20,000 nt of DNA from Rhizaria sp. SCN 62-66. Taxonomy: Eukaryota. The notes beneath the pieces were generated by a model. It had not been told where the DNA came from. It made no database searches and worked only from the letters and a program-made list of their open reading frames with translations. Position 1 is the first letter of the stretch, and each line of letters begins with the position of its first letter. The stretch covers positions 49,295 through 69,294 of the forward strand of contig MEDY01000225.1 of assembly GCA_001724265.1 (NCBI GenBank). The letters are read 5' to 3'. Shown here one piece after another: positions 1 to 10,739 of the stretch. The position numbers were made by a program, and so were the translations under genes.

Positions 1-76
1 CAAACTGCTCCGGCGGCGGCAGCACGGTCTCAGTGGATGGCGCAGCAGATGGGCGCGACGACGGTGACGGGTCCAT
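1..76 (-). CDS. Possible 5' end (or internal exon) of a minus-strand gene running off the window start: MDPSPSSRPSAAPSTETVLPPPEQF...
   Basis: GC-rich block at 1-80. Minus-strand ATG at 76-74 in GACATGG context is open to base 1 and preceded by a pyrimidine-rich tract ending in TAG (88-86, possible splice acceptor). Plus-strand readings (frame 3 ending at TAA 126-128) are also open, so the strand is uncertain. Confidence 0.3.
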   Translation of the reverse strand, partial: MDPSPSSRPSAAPSTETVLPPPEQF

Positions 77-787
77 GTCTCAACACTACAAGAGGCGGAG
101 AAAATTCAGAGAGATAGATCAGGCGTAAACGAGGTGTCTTACAGAAATAGATTCATACAGGTATATACATTACCGTTTCTACAGCGTTGCTACCGTGTGA
201 GTTGTCGATGAGTGGTCGGAAGTATCAAGATCAGCTTGATATGAAAACAATTCGCATCAGACCCAAGACTCAAATGACGTTGAAGGTAAAAGAAAGCAAT
301 GCATTATTGCATTGGAAAGTGATTGAAGTTAGTTGTGTATAGTTTGTAGATTGTGATCTTCCCAAATTACTAAAATATAAGGCATATGAATCACATTCAA
401 TGACCACTGTACACTCAAAAATATAACTTATTGAGCAGTGATGCGAGCACGTGTCACCCGCTCACGCTCACGCTCGCCTGAGTCCTCGCGCTTTCACGGC
501 CGCGGGCGGACACACAAGTAAGCTTTCTGGGCTGGTTAGAGCTCTTGACCAGAGCTTTCCCTCGCGGAAACCTTCCATGTTTCCACAAACGTGTGCGATA
601 TTCTACCACGCATATCATGGATCGTGTTCAACATAAGAAAGTAAGACGCCACACACACTGCCGTTGAACACATACTGAGACCGCAGACATGGCTTAAGTC
701 AACAGTGCGTGCTTATATCCGCGTGCGATACCTGTTTCGGACGCACAGCTCACCGCATCCGCGCGCGCACGCTCAGCTGCCACCCGG

Positions 788-2347
788 TCAGTTGCCGCCT
801 TTCTTGGCTGCGCTGAGGAACTTGTCGTACGCCTCGCAGGAAGGCATCTTCTCCGCGTAGGCCGCGCGCATGCGCTCCGAGGCACCTGTGTCCTTGGCGG
901 CGCGCGCCTCCTCCATCTTGCCGCGCTTGGCCTTGCGCTGCGCCGCGCACTCGTCCTGCAGGCGCGCCGAGAACTGCTCGTTGACGGCCTCCTCGAACTT
1001 GCCCAGCGCGCGCGGGTCGCGGCCGTAAGTCCACTTGAACTCGTTGTTGACGAAGTAGGGCGCACCCTGCGCTGTTTCACGCGCGTGCGGGAAGGCGTGC
1101 GCGCGCTGCAGCGAGAATGGGTACTGCGGCGCCGTCGACGTGCTGGCCGAGTTGAGCATCGTGAAGAGGAACAGGAGCACGAGCGGCAGGAAATGCACCA
1201 TCTGCAGCAGCGACGTGCCCGCGCCCTCGCCACCGCCGCCGCCGCGCTGCTGCTGCTGCTGCTGGTAGCCCGCGGCCGAGGGCCCACGCCGGTAGCCCTG
1301 TTGCTGCTGCTGTTGCTGCTGGGCGCGGCGGCGGGGCCCCGCGGCGTCGGCGCCCGCGAAGACGGAGCCGAAGATGTTGCGGAAGAGCATGTCCGGGGTC
1401 ATTTCCTCGAAGCCGCCGTGCATGCCGCCGCCGCCGAAGCCCTGGTGGAAGCCGAAGCCGCCGCCGGGCCCGTAGCGCGCGCCCTGTGCGGCGCGGCGCT
1501 GATGCTGCTGCTGTGCGTAAGCGTTCTCATCGTCGACGCCTGTCATGTCGTACATGCGCCGCTTGGCGGGATCGGAGAGCGTGAGGTAGGCGGCCGTCAC
1601 GGCCTTGAAGGCCTCCTCGGCCTCGGGCGCCTTGTTCTTGTCGGGGTGGATGCGCAGCGCGAGCTTGCGGTACGCCGACTTGATCACAACGTCGTCAGCC
1701 GTCTTGGCCACGCCTAGGATCTCATACTTGCACTTGATCTTGGTGATGCGCCGCGCCGCCGTCTGCTGCTCCACCGTGTACTCGTTGTCGCCGCTGCCGC
1801 CGCCGGTCGCGTTGCTATTCGAGCTGCTCGCGCCGCTGCTCGCGCTGTTGCTGTTGCTGTTGGAGTTGGCGGCCGGGGGCGGGCGCGGGGACGAGGCATT
1901 GGACGCGGGCGGCGGGCGCGGGGCCTGCTGCTGCTGCTGTTGCTGCTGCTGCTGTTGATACTGTTGGTACGAGGAGGACGAAGCCTGGGGCTGGGGGCGC
2001 GGCGGGGGCGAGTTAGGCTGCGGCGCGGGGCCCTGGGGGCGCGGCGGCGGCGCCTGCTGCTGGTACTGCTGCTGGGGGCGCGGCGGCGGCGGGGCCTGTT
2101 GCTGCTGTTGTGGCTGCGGCTGAGGTTGCGGACGCGGCGGGGGCGGCGACGCGGCGGCGGGGCGCGCGCTGCCGCCGCGCTGGATGCGCGCCTCGACACG
2201 CTGTAGCATGTCGGTGGCGCGTGTGGTGTCGAAGAGCGAGAGCGATTTCTCGAGCAGGATGCGCGCGTCCTCAAGGCGGCCCTGCTCCACGCAGGCCTCG
2301 GCGCGCGCGATCAGCGCCTGCGACGTGGCGCGGGCCTCGTCGGACAT
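788..2347 (-). CDS. DNAJB12: DNAJB12/DNAJB14-like ER-membrane J-domain co-chaperone (519 aa, intronless)
   Basis: N-terminal TPR-like helix ([12 protein letters not shown]), Pro/Gln-rich linker, YTVEQ...YEILGV...[24 protein letters not shown]...[12 protein letters not shown]-domain (HPD at 1648-1640), G/F-rich region, TM segment [19 protein letters not shown] and DUF1977-like C-terminus (PFSLQR...RET...YFV...C...C). Ends in TGA. Confidence 0.93.
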   Translation of the reverse strand: MSDEARATSQALIARAEACVEQGRLEDARILLEKSLSLFDTTRATDMLQRVEARIQRGGSARPAAASPPPPRPQPQPQPQQQQQAPPPPRPQQQYQQQAPPPRPQGPAPQPNSPPPRPQPQASSSSYQQYQQQQQQQQQQQAPRPPPASNASSPRPPPAANSNSNSNSASSGASSSNSNATGGGSGDNEYTVEQQTAARRITKIKCKYEILGVAKTADDVVIKSAYRKLALRIHPDKNKAPEAEEAFKAVTAAYLTLSDPAKRRMYDMTGVDDENAYAQQQHQRRAAQGARYGPGGGFGFHQGFGGGGMHGGFEEMTPDMLFRNIFGSVFAGADAAGPRRRAQQQQQQQQGYRRGPSAAGYQQQQQQRGGGGGEGAGTSLLQMVHFLPLVLLFLFTMLNSASTSTAPQYPFSLQRAHAFPHARETAQGAPYFVNNEFKWTYGRDPRALGKFEEAVNEQFSARLQDECAAQRKAKRGKMEEARAAKDTGASERMRAAYAEKMPSCEAYDKFLSAAKKGGN

Positions 2348-3367
2348 CGGCTAGACGTGGGCGACGGGACGGGCTGGTGCGGTGGGAAAGCGCGGACGGG
2401 CAGCGGAGAACGAGACGGGGCCGGAGCAAGCGACGGGGTTGGCTCGGGACGGGGAGGAGCTTTGCGACGGAGGTTTAGCTCAGATAGCGAGCCAGTGGCA
2501 GCAAAAAAGAAGAAAAGCTACATATGTACGTCATAGGCGCGGTTAAAATCAGAGAACGAGTTGTGAGCAGAGAACAGACGGGGTGCGAGGGAGGGGGGGA
2601 AGAGAGACGCGTCAGCGCTTTCGGAGCTTCAGGATGCCAAGTCTATCAGGTCATCTTGACCTTTGTTTAGAACAGAGCAAACTATATAATATACACGCAA
2701 CATGGAAAATTCTACTGTAAAATTATTCATCCAGGTATGGTGCTTAACCTGTCCAACGAGACAGAAAGATATCGACACCACACCTCGTTGACCGTAGCTG
2801 TCTGCGGCCTAACTTTGCAGCCCACCACATCACTCATCTAAAACGCAATTATATCATCACAGATACATTTTCAGATAACTTGTTATCAAGGCCCTATTTT
2901 AACGCGTTATTTCAACATTATACTATAAGGTGTCGTCATGGGCTAACCGTATCTACTAATAAAAACGAATTCAAAGATTGAAATGCATGAGTACACACTG
3001 GTGGATGTATGCAGCTAAGTATAAAAATATTACTAAAATATGCAAGACATAATTCCAGACATTTAACCGGCTGGTGATGTGCATATCCAATAATCATACC
3101 TTACTTTGATATGATTAAGTACACTGGCGAGACCAGCATTGCTTCTCTCTGGCTCACGTGTAGTCACATCGAAGTTCAAGCTGAATTCATTCATTTGATC
3201 GTCAAGATGAGAGATGTGCATTCGATGGCATAAAAATACATGGCATATGTATTATATTTGATTTGCAATATGCTTCGCTGATTATATCTGTCACCTACTC
3301 TAATCCCGAATCCGCTCAACTCAACGGCTACTTCACCTTCTCCTATGTCTGATTGTACAAGTAGTGC

Positions 3368-5773
3368 ATGCACTCGCGAGGTCCTCCCCGCAGCACAGTG
3401 CCTGCAGTGGCGGCAGCCGCGGCGGCGTCGCGCGCGCAGCCTTCCATAGCATTGCAGCTGGGGTCGCAGGCGTCAGAGCTCGCTCCACGCATGGGGCTGC
3501 CCTTAACAGTCAACACTCAGATGGGCAACCTGTGGCGCGAGCTCGAGGCCGAAAACCGTCGTCTGCTGCTTGAGCACCGCGCGCTGGAGCATGAGAACTC
3601 CCAGCTTAAGGAGCTTCAAGCTCAGGCTCTCTGTCAGCATGCCAGCAGTCTCGCCCAGATCCAGGTACGTGCCGATCTCCATTGTACACATTGACATGCT
3701 GCTCTTTGTCATCACACATCAAGCAAAGCTATAACGTCCTGCTGTGCATTGCGTCCTCATGTTTGTTTCACGCGTCCGTTTTTTCTATTTCCCAGCAACT
3801 CGAGTCGCAGCTTGCTGACGAGCGCGCCAAGGTGCGCGCCGCTGCGTCGCACTCAGTGTCTCAGGCCGCCGCCCTGCAGCAGCTCTCGCTCGCGGCCGAG
3901 GGCCAGAAGCAGCACGCCGCGACGCTGCAGGCCGCAGCCGACGCCCTGCGCGCGCGCAACGAGGCAACCGCGCTCGAGCGCGACACGGCGGCGCTGTCGG
4001 CGTCGTCGACCGCGGCGGAGCTCAAGGCGCTGCGCCGCGAGCACGGCGCCGCTCTCGAGCGCAACGTCGCGCTGCAGACGAAGATGGACGCAACCGAGGC
4101 CGCTGTGACGCGGCTGCGCGCGGACGCCGAGGTGCTGGCGAACGCGGCTAAGTCGCGCGCGGCGCAGAGCGCGCGGCTGCTGCGCGAGCGCGCGGCGCTG
4201 CTGGGCGCGCTGGCCGAGGCGCGCGAGTTCGTCGCCGCGCGCGGCATCGCCGTCGGCGGGGCCCGCTTCAGGAAGGAGCTACTTGAGTTCTTGGCCGCCG
4301 CGGAGGCGGGCGCCGGTGCCGCGCCCGCGCCGCAGGGCGCCGTGTCGGCCGTGAGCGAGGCCGTCGCCGCCTCGCGCGCGCGAGCGCAGCGCCGCGAGGC
4401 CGGCGACGCCAGCGACGCCGAGGGCGACGACGACGACGGGCTCTACGAGCGGGAGCCCGGGTCCGCGCGCGGCCGCAGCAGCAGCGCCCGCGGCCACTCG
4501 CGCGGACGCCAGTCTGCTGGTGCGGACGCTGCCGCTGCGCCGCTGGTGACTGCTCTCGAGGCTGCCGCAGCGACGGCGGCGAAGGCGCAAGCGCCGGTCG
4601 GCGGCCCGGCGGCGAGCGGCGAGCCGCGCGCGCGCGCGTGGACTGCGGCGGCGCAGATTAAGGCGCAGCAGGAGTACATTGCGCAGCTGGAGACGACTGT
4701 CGGCCAGTGCCGCGAGAAGATCCGCACGCTCACGCACCGCTTCCGCACCGCGGCCGGGGAGCGCGAAAAGGTGCGATCAACATTTAGATTAGAACATGAT
4801 ATTTGGGTTTGTTTTCTCCGATTTATTTTTATTGACATGACATGTGCTCTTTTCCTTTTCTAACCACGTCTTTTTTATTCTATACGCCTTGATTTATGTA
4901 TAAATATATTCCCACAGGCCATGAAGCAGGTCGACGCCCTCCGTGAAGGTTCTGCCTACCCGTCGTTTGTTTCGTCCGGCCCGGCCTCAGCGCCGACCGC
5001 GACGACCACCAGCGCCGTGGCCGCCGCCCCCGCGCGTGGCGGGCTAGGCAGCAGCGCCGAGGACCCCCTCAACACTTCTGCGTCGTATCTTCCGGCTCGC
5101 CGCGCCGCGGCCGGAGCGGGATCCTCTGGGACCCGTGCCGCGAGCGCGGGCGGCGTGTTCTCGCCCTCGCGCGCGACTCCGCAGCCGGTTGGGCTCCACG
5201 CCCGCGGCGGGCCCTATAGCAAGGATGCGGGGGCTGCTGCCAGTGCCAGCGAGGACCCGCGGCTCGTGCACGTCTCGCCCGCGCGCGTGCGCCCTACGGC
5301 TGCCACTGCGCACAGTACCCATGGTGCGCATGGTGCCCATGGTCAGCAGACTGCTCAGTACGCCGACGTGGGCGTGGACGTCGGCGCACTGTGGCAGAGC
5401 CAGCTCGACGACATCGACGACCTCGACGCAATGCACGGTCACTCCGCTGCTCAGGACCACCACGCGCCGGCTCTCCAGCAACCGCAGCAGCAGCAGCAGC
5501 AGCGGCTGACCGGCAGCTTTGCGCGCCGCGGCAGCACCTCTGAGGGCGTCCCCGCCCATACTGCCCATGGTCATGTTGGAGCGGGCGCCACGCCGCGCAA
5601 GCAGGCCGCGCAGGGCCACGACGCGCACCGCCATACTGTCCGCGGCCACGCTGTCCACGGCACGTCTGCGCATGGTCCCTCGACGAGTGCGGTCTTGGCC
5701 TCCAGCGGCGCTGGCGACGGCAATGGCGCTGAGGCCGACTACGCCGCTGCCGCCGCTGCGGGCGCCGCCGCGA

Positions 5774-5810
<37 letters not shown>

Positions 5811-6025
5811 TGCCGCAGTCGGCACTGACGGCGCCGGCGGAGAGGGCGCCGGCCAGGATGGAGGCTGGGGTTGGGATTACCGCAACAACGAAAGCGGCGA
5901 TGGTTTCGGCCACGGTCACGGTGGCGGTTCAAGTGATCGCGGTCACGGTGACGTTGACGTGTACGATGCTAACAAAGGCGGTGCACACTACGACGACGAC
6001 GACGACGACGACGACAATGGTGTTC

Positions 6026-6088
<63 letters not shown>

Positions 6089-6864
6089 GCAATTACAACC
6101 CTGATAGCTATGACCATGAGCAGAGCTCTCACGCCCGTGTTGCGACTGCCTCCAGCCCTGCGGCTGCTGCCGAGCCCAAGCGCACTGCGGCGGCGCACGG
6201 CGGCCTGACGCTGATGCAGCGCATCCAAGGCATCTTGTCTGGAGCGCCCGAGTCCGCGCTCCCACACGCCAGCGCCAGCGCGAGTGCTGCTGCGGACGTT
6301 GCTGCGTTCAACTCGAATGTCAACGTGTATTCCTATGGCTTTACTCCCGCGCCTGCGATTGCTCCTGTGCCTGCGCCCGTCAAAGCGTCTGATTCAACCA
6401 CGACGGATGAGAGCAGTAGCAGCAGCAACTATAATGCAAGCAACAGCAACGCGGTGGACACTATGGCCGCGGCAGCAGCTGAGGCTGTTTTGGCGCGTAG
6501 CCGCGAGACGAATCCGCTGTGGGCTGCCGCGCTGTCTTACGAACAGCGTCAGCAACAGCAGCAACAACAACACCAGCAACAACAACAGCGGCGCTACTCG
6601 GGCGCGCAGCAGCAGTTGCAGTCGCAACTCAACGGCAGCTTTGCGCTTAACTCAAGTCGCGCGGCCGTGGGCGCCGGGGTCGATCTTGACTCGAGTCGCA
6701 GCAACGTCTTGTCTGGCCACAACAGCATCTTTATCGGAGCCAGTGCTGGAGCGGCTACCGACTTGAACTCAAGTCGCGCTGGTGCGGACCGCGCGGCTGG
6801 CGGCGTTGACTCGGGTGCGTATGTGAACAGGCTGCTGGCGCGTCTGCGGAACGGTGCTGTGTGA
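3368..6864 (+). CDS. Coiled-coil/low-complexity protein of unknown function, join(3368..3664,3796..4770,4918..6864), about 1072 aa
   Basis: Three GC-rich ORF blocks joined in phase 0 by two AT-rich GT-AG introns. Heptad-like segments (LWRELEAENRRLLLEHRALEHENSQLKELQ; QIKAQQEYIAQLETTVGQCREKIRTL) are followed by a long disordered His/Ala/Asn/Gln-rich tail. Ends in TGA 6862-6864. The start ATG could be 3368 or a later in-frame ATG. Confidence 0.8.
3665..3795 (+). other. Spliceosomal intron (131 nt, phase 0)
   Basis: CAG|GTACGT donor and TTTTCTATTTCCCAG| acceptor; AT-rich; splicing joins two different reading frames into a continuous coiled coil (AQIQ|QLESQL). Confidence 0.85.
4771..4917 (+). other. 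Spliceosomal intron (147 nt, phase 0)
   Basis: AAG|GTGCGA donor, T-rich body, CTAAC branch-like motif at 4860-4864, CCCACAG| acceptor; joins EREK|AMKQVD. Confidence 0.85.
5776..5808 (+). repeat. (GCC)11 coding microsatellite, part of a poly-Ala tract
   Basis: Read directly from the sequence, in frame with exon 3. Confidence 0.9.
5992..6087 (+). repeat. (GAC)8 poly-Asp followed by (AAC)20 poly-Asn coding microsatellites
   Basis: GAC x8 at 5992-6015 and AAC x20 at 6028-6087, both perfect and in frame. Confidence 0.92.
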
Positions 6865-7235
6865 GATGTGCTGTTTATCCCAATATGGTTCTCCTCATTC
6901 CTAATGTTTCAAACGCACTAAATTCGAGCTGTAAACTGGCCATAATACAATGAGTTAATTTATCATCTTTGAACGCAAGTATGATGTTAAATCACCACCG
7001 GTTTTCAGTTCATGCATTTTTGAGCGCGTCTGTTTGAGATCTATTGCTTTTTGGTTCTGACCACTTAAAAACTGACAAGGTTCAAAAGCTATGTGTTCTT
7101 CGAACCTTTTCGATTTTATCATTGATAATTAGTTAAAGTACACATTTAAATTTGATATATCAGTTTTATCATCGGTCACCATTATTGCGTGCTTTATAAA
7201 TGCAGTCGTCCTAATCGCTTCAAGTTGGGCCAGCC

Positions 7236-9584
7236 ATGATGTCGGTCTCTGCCTCAGACCCATCAAAGAGCGCCATAAAAGAACATATAACAAACAGCGC
7301 CCAAACCTCAGAAAGCACATCATCCACCCATACCTTAATGGTGAACCAGACCACTCCTAGCCCCATGGTTGTTTGTATGGGATCGATCCTTCTCGACGAC
7401 AACGTCGTCTCCACGACATATGAGCCGCTGACGCTGTCCCTGAGTGAGTCCAGCCGCCGCGCGTCCGCCGAGTCACGAGCCAACGCAGAATCCGCCGGCG
7501 CGACATTTGCCGGCGCGGTCTCCGCGCGCGGGGGCTCCGCGCCGGGCCCGCCGCGTAACGTGCGCTACGCGCTCTTCCCGGCGCTGCTGCGGCTGTATCT
7601 AGTGCGCTCGGAGAGCGGCCGGCGCGTGCGCAACGTCTACGATATGGTCGCCGAAGACTTCGCGCGCTTTATCCCGGCCGCGACCGGTGCCCCCGGGCTA
7701 GAGCGCGTGTGTGGCGTGAGCGCGCGCGAGCTGCAGCGGTACGGCGCGTGGCTGCGGACCGCGCGCGGCGTCGGGCTGGTGCTGCGCTAGTGCATGGCCT
7801 TCGTGGGCGACCTCTGGTACCGTCACCACGACTGGGACACGCTGCGCCCGCGCGCCGGCATGGGTCTCGACCCCGACGCGGGCGACGCGGGCGGCGCGCC
7901 GCTGCCGCCGGAAACGTGGCGCCAGATCGCAGAGAAGTACGTTGCTTCACGTTGATTGCCGATGAAAACAGCTTTGAGTCCCGTGTCTTCCTAGAATCGC
8001 CAATGCGTATCAGTACATGATACATCTCACATAATTTAGATATGATAACAAACTTAAAAACTAGAATCTTCATCACACTGCCATCTTTCTTACTTCAGTT
8101 ATGCGCCGTACAACAAGAGTTCGTGCAGCAACTTCAAGCACATGGCCGACGGCTCGTGCTGGCACGACCAAATTGGACTCAACTACCGCGCCGCGTTCGC
8201 TCTTCTGCGCGAGTTTAATGCGGCACCAGGGAACCACGCGGCGGTTGCTGCGCACCGCAACGTGCCCATGGTGTTCCCTATCTCAGCCGACGCGCGCGTC
8301 AATGGCGACAATAGCCGCAACCGCGGCAACGGCAGCTACTCCGGGTCTCCGGCGGAGAACGGTAGGCGCGGCGCCGCGGCTGCTTTGCCCAGCGCCGTCG
8401 CGCACACTGGCGCGGACGCGGGTCAGCTCCTTCGCACTGCTGCCGCGGCGGTCACCCCCAGCGCCACACCAGCAAGCGCTGCAGGAACAAGCGCAGCTGG
8501 CCCACGCTCACCGCTGCACACAATGCTACTAAGCCTCGCCGCACAGGCGAGTCCCCCTGCTGCGGGCGTGATAGTAAAGGTCGGGTCCGTTGCCACTCAG
8601 GCTTCTGCAACCTGTGCCGAAGCGGACACAAGCCCTGCCGGGAGCCGTCCTCCCGGGAGCCGTCTTCCCGGCGCCGCCGCCCAAATCAGCCCCGCGGACC
8701 GCAGCAACCCGGCCGCGTTTCACTAGCCATTGACGTTCTCCCCGACGGCGCCCGCCTTCGCGGCCGAGTCCACCTCCGCCTCCGCCACCGCCCCGTCACC
8801 CGAGATGCAGGTTGCGACCGCGCCACGCAAAGCTATTGCCGAGTCACATGACGCGATTGCAACTGCGTCGCACGAGGCGCTGGTGACCGCGCCGCGCGAC
8901 GGGGGCGGGTCGCTGGCACGGCAGCAGATCGCGGACGCCGTCGCGGAGTCCTTTCTGCGCAGCGAACGTCTGGCCGCCGTCCTGCCGGGGCTGCTCCAGG
9001 AGGGGCTTACGCAGGTCCGGCGCTCGCAACCGCGCGGCGCGACGCCCGCCGAGACCGATGCGGCGCTGACGCGCGCGCGGGCCGCGATCTCTGTCATGGT
9101 ACAGACCGAGGTCGCCGCCGAGACCGCGTGGTTTTGCGCAGAGGCGCGCGTCAGGGCCGCGCAGGCGCACTCGCGCGCGCTCGGGCCCGTGCGCGCGGCC
9201 GACGCGGCGCGGCTGCAATGCGCGAGTGCGGCGATGGCGAAGCTCGTGGCGACCGCGAAGCACGCGGCAGCCACGGCGCCGAAGCGCGGGGCCTCGGGGG
9301 CCGAGGTGGGCCGGTGGGCCGAGGTAAGCCGGCGGGCCGAGTCTCAGCAGCCGGCGGCCGCGCCGCAAAGCGCGGTCCTGATGCCGGTCAGCGCGGCAGG
9401 CAGGGCCGCGCTGGCGGGCGTGCACGCGTTCTGGCGGCAGCAGAGCGTCTTCGCGCGCGAGTACGCACTGGGGCACTGGCCGCGCGTCCGGCGCACGAGA
9501 CTCAGCTGCAGCGACCCGCCGGCGCGCGAACATCCGCCGGCTAGCTAGGCGCTGAAGTCGTGGTCTGTGTCGGTCTTCAGCTCG

Positions 9585-9618
<34 letters not shown>

Positions 9619-9734
9619 GGCGAGGGACGTTGCGAGTCTTCAAACCGTAGGAGACATTGAGCTCCGGTAAAGGCACAAGCAGCGCGGTGGTACATATGTG
9701 CGACAATGATAGGAGCCAACTGGGTGACGCTTAA
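7236..9734 (+). CDS. Unknown protein, join(7236..7936,8099..9734), about 778 aa, with 4 in-frame TAG codons read as sense (probably Gln); would end at TGA 9756-9758 if TAA is also sense
   Basis: Track ORFs 7236..7790, 8142..8726 and 8730..9548 share one frame. TAGs at 7788, 8724, 9546 and 9648 are flanked by uninterrupted GC-rich coding-like sequence (e.g. VLR*CMAFVGDLWYRHHDW; PPAS*ALKSWSVSVFSSW-Q10). One phase-2 intron restores WRQIAEN|YAPYNKSSC. Confidence 0.75.
7937..8098 (+). other. Spliceosomal intron (162 nt, phase 2)
   Basis: AA|GTACGT donor (same hexamer as intron 3665), AT-rich body, CTTTCTTACTTCAG| acceptor; preserves the frame and removes an in-frame TGA at 7953. Confidence 0.85.
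8638..8671 (+). repeat. 15-bp imperfect tandem duplication (CCGGGAGCCGTCYTC x2), encoding GSRPP/GSRLP
   Basis: Read directly from the sequence. Confidence 0.7.
9588..9617 (+). repeat. (CAG)9CAA poly-Gln tract
   Basis: In frame as Gln with the upstream ORF only if TAG 9546-9548 is read through. Confidence 0.85.
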
Positions 9735-10739
9735 ACACGATCGAAAATTCAAGTTTGACGGGGCAGAACGCTCGGGTCTGCTGTGACTGTAGTGTGACAA
9801 GTTGCGACAATGAACGAGATATGCAAAGAAATTAAGTCGCAATAGCACTAATCAAATCAGATACATCAACTATAACTCCTTTTGGGAAGCATCTGAAAAT
9901 TCAAAGCCACATGCATCATGAAGTCATACAACAGAAGAATATGTCTTTCTTAGAGCTTGCAGTTACCAGGTTACATTTGTGGTGGCAACCGGAGCCAAGA
10001 TGTGCCTGCCACATGCCTTCCGCAAAATCGATAATGTTCGAAGAGAGTATCGTCAAACATTATGCTGGTGCAGCTAACGTTTAGTATGATTGCGCATGTA
10101 TTCATTTTTATAATAATACCCTCTTAAAGCTGATTTGGCGTGCTGTCTCAACCTCCCAGCTGGTGACCTTCTCGAAGCGCTGTCCGACATGCTCTTATTG
10201 TGGAGCGGAGTCGATGCACGGCTCCGAAACTCAACGTTATACTTGTGCAATTTGTTGTCCGATGTGAAGACCTCCTGTTCTTTACATGGATTGTTTTCCT
10301 CATCTTAGATCACTTCTATGGAGGGGGTACTCCGTTAGACGTGCACACGTTTGTCATGTAGATAACCCAACGACAGCCTATCTCATCGAACAAGCTCAAG
10401 AGAAAAGCATGAGCATATGTCATATTCTATAGCATGCTTGCTTGGCGTGTGCTTTAGCTCTGTCCGAAGCAGCTTTAGTTTGCGTTGAATGTCTCTTCTT
10501 TAGTATCATTGACCCCGTTATGATTACATCATCGATTGGCAGGCAATTGTGCTCGAAAATTCAATGTGCTGTTCTAGACTCACTCAATGTTCCTTGTGAA
10601 TATGTATATGTTTTCTATGTATAGAACACATCTAATCCATCCCAACGAACGGGATTTGGAACCCTTCCGATCTTCTTTAGTGCCCAGACTCGTCTGGTTT
10701 CGTCATTTTTACCTACTGGGCAGCAAGCCCTGTGATGCA

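Noticed and set aside
3-128. Plus-strand gene end at TAA 126-128 as evidence for UAA=stop
   Set aside because: Strand and frame are ambiguous; a minus-strand start at 76 is at least as plausible, so it was not used as evidence.
2472-2500. tRNA-like TAGCTCAG (searched for a suppressor tRNA-CUA)
   Set aside because: No T-loop GTTCRA at the proper distance and no cloverleaf; no tRNA seen in this window.
9324-9548. TAGs as 3' splice acceptors, e.g. GAG|GTAAGC at 9324 spliced to TAG 9548 (225 nt, in frame)
   Set aside because: The genuine introns here are AT-rich with pyrimidine tracts, while sequence upstream of the TAGs is GC-rich and coding-like. Even if this one were spliced, seven TAGs remain.
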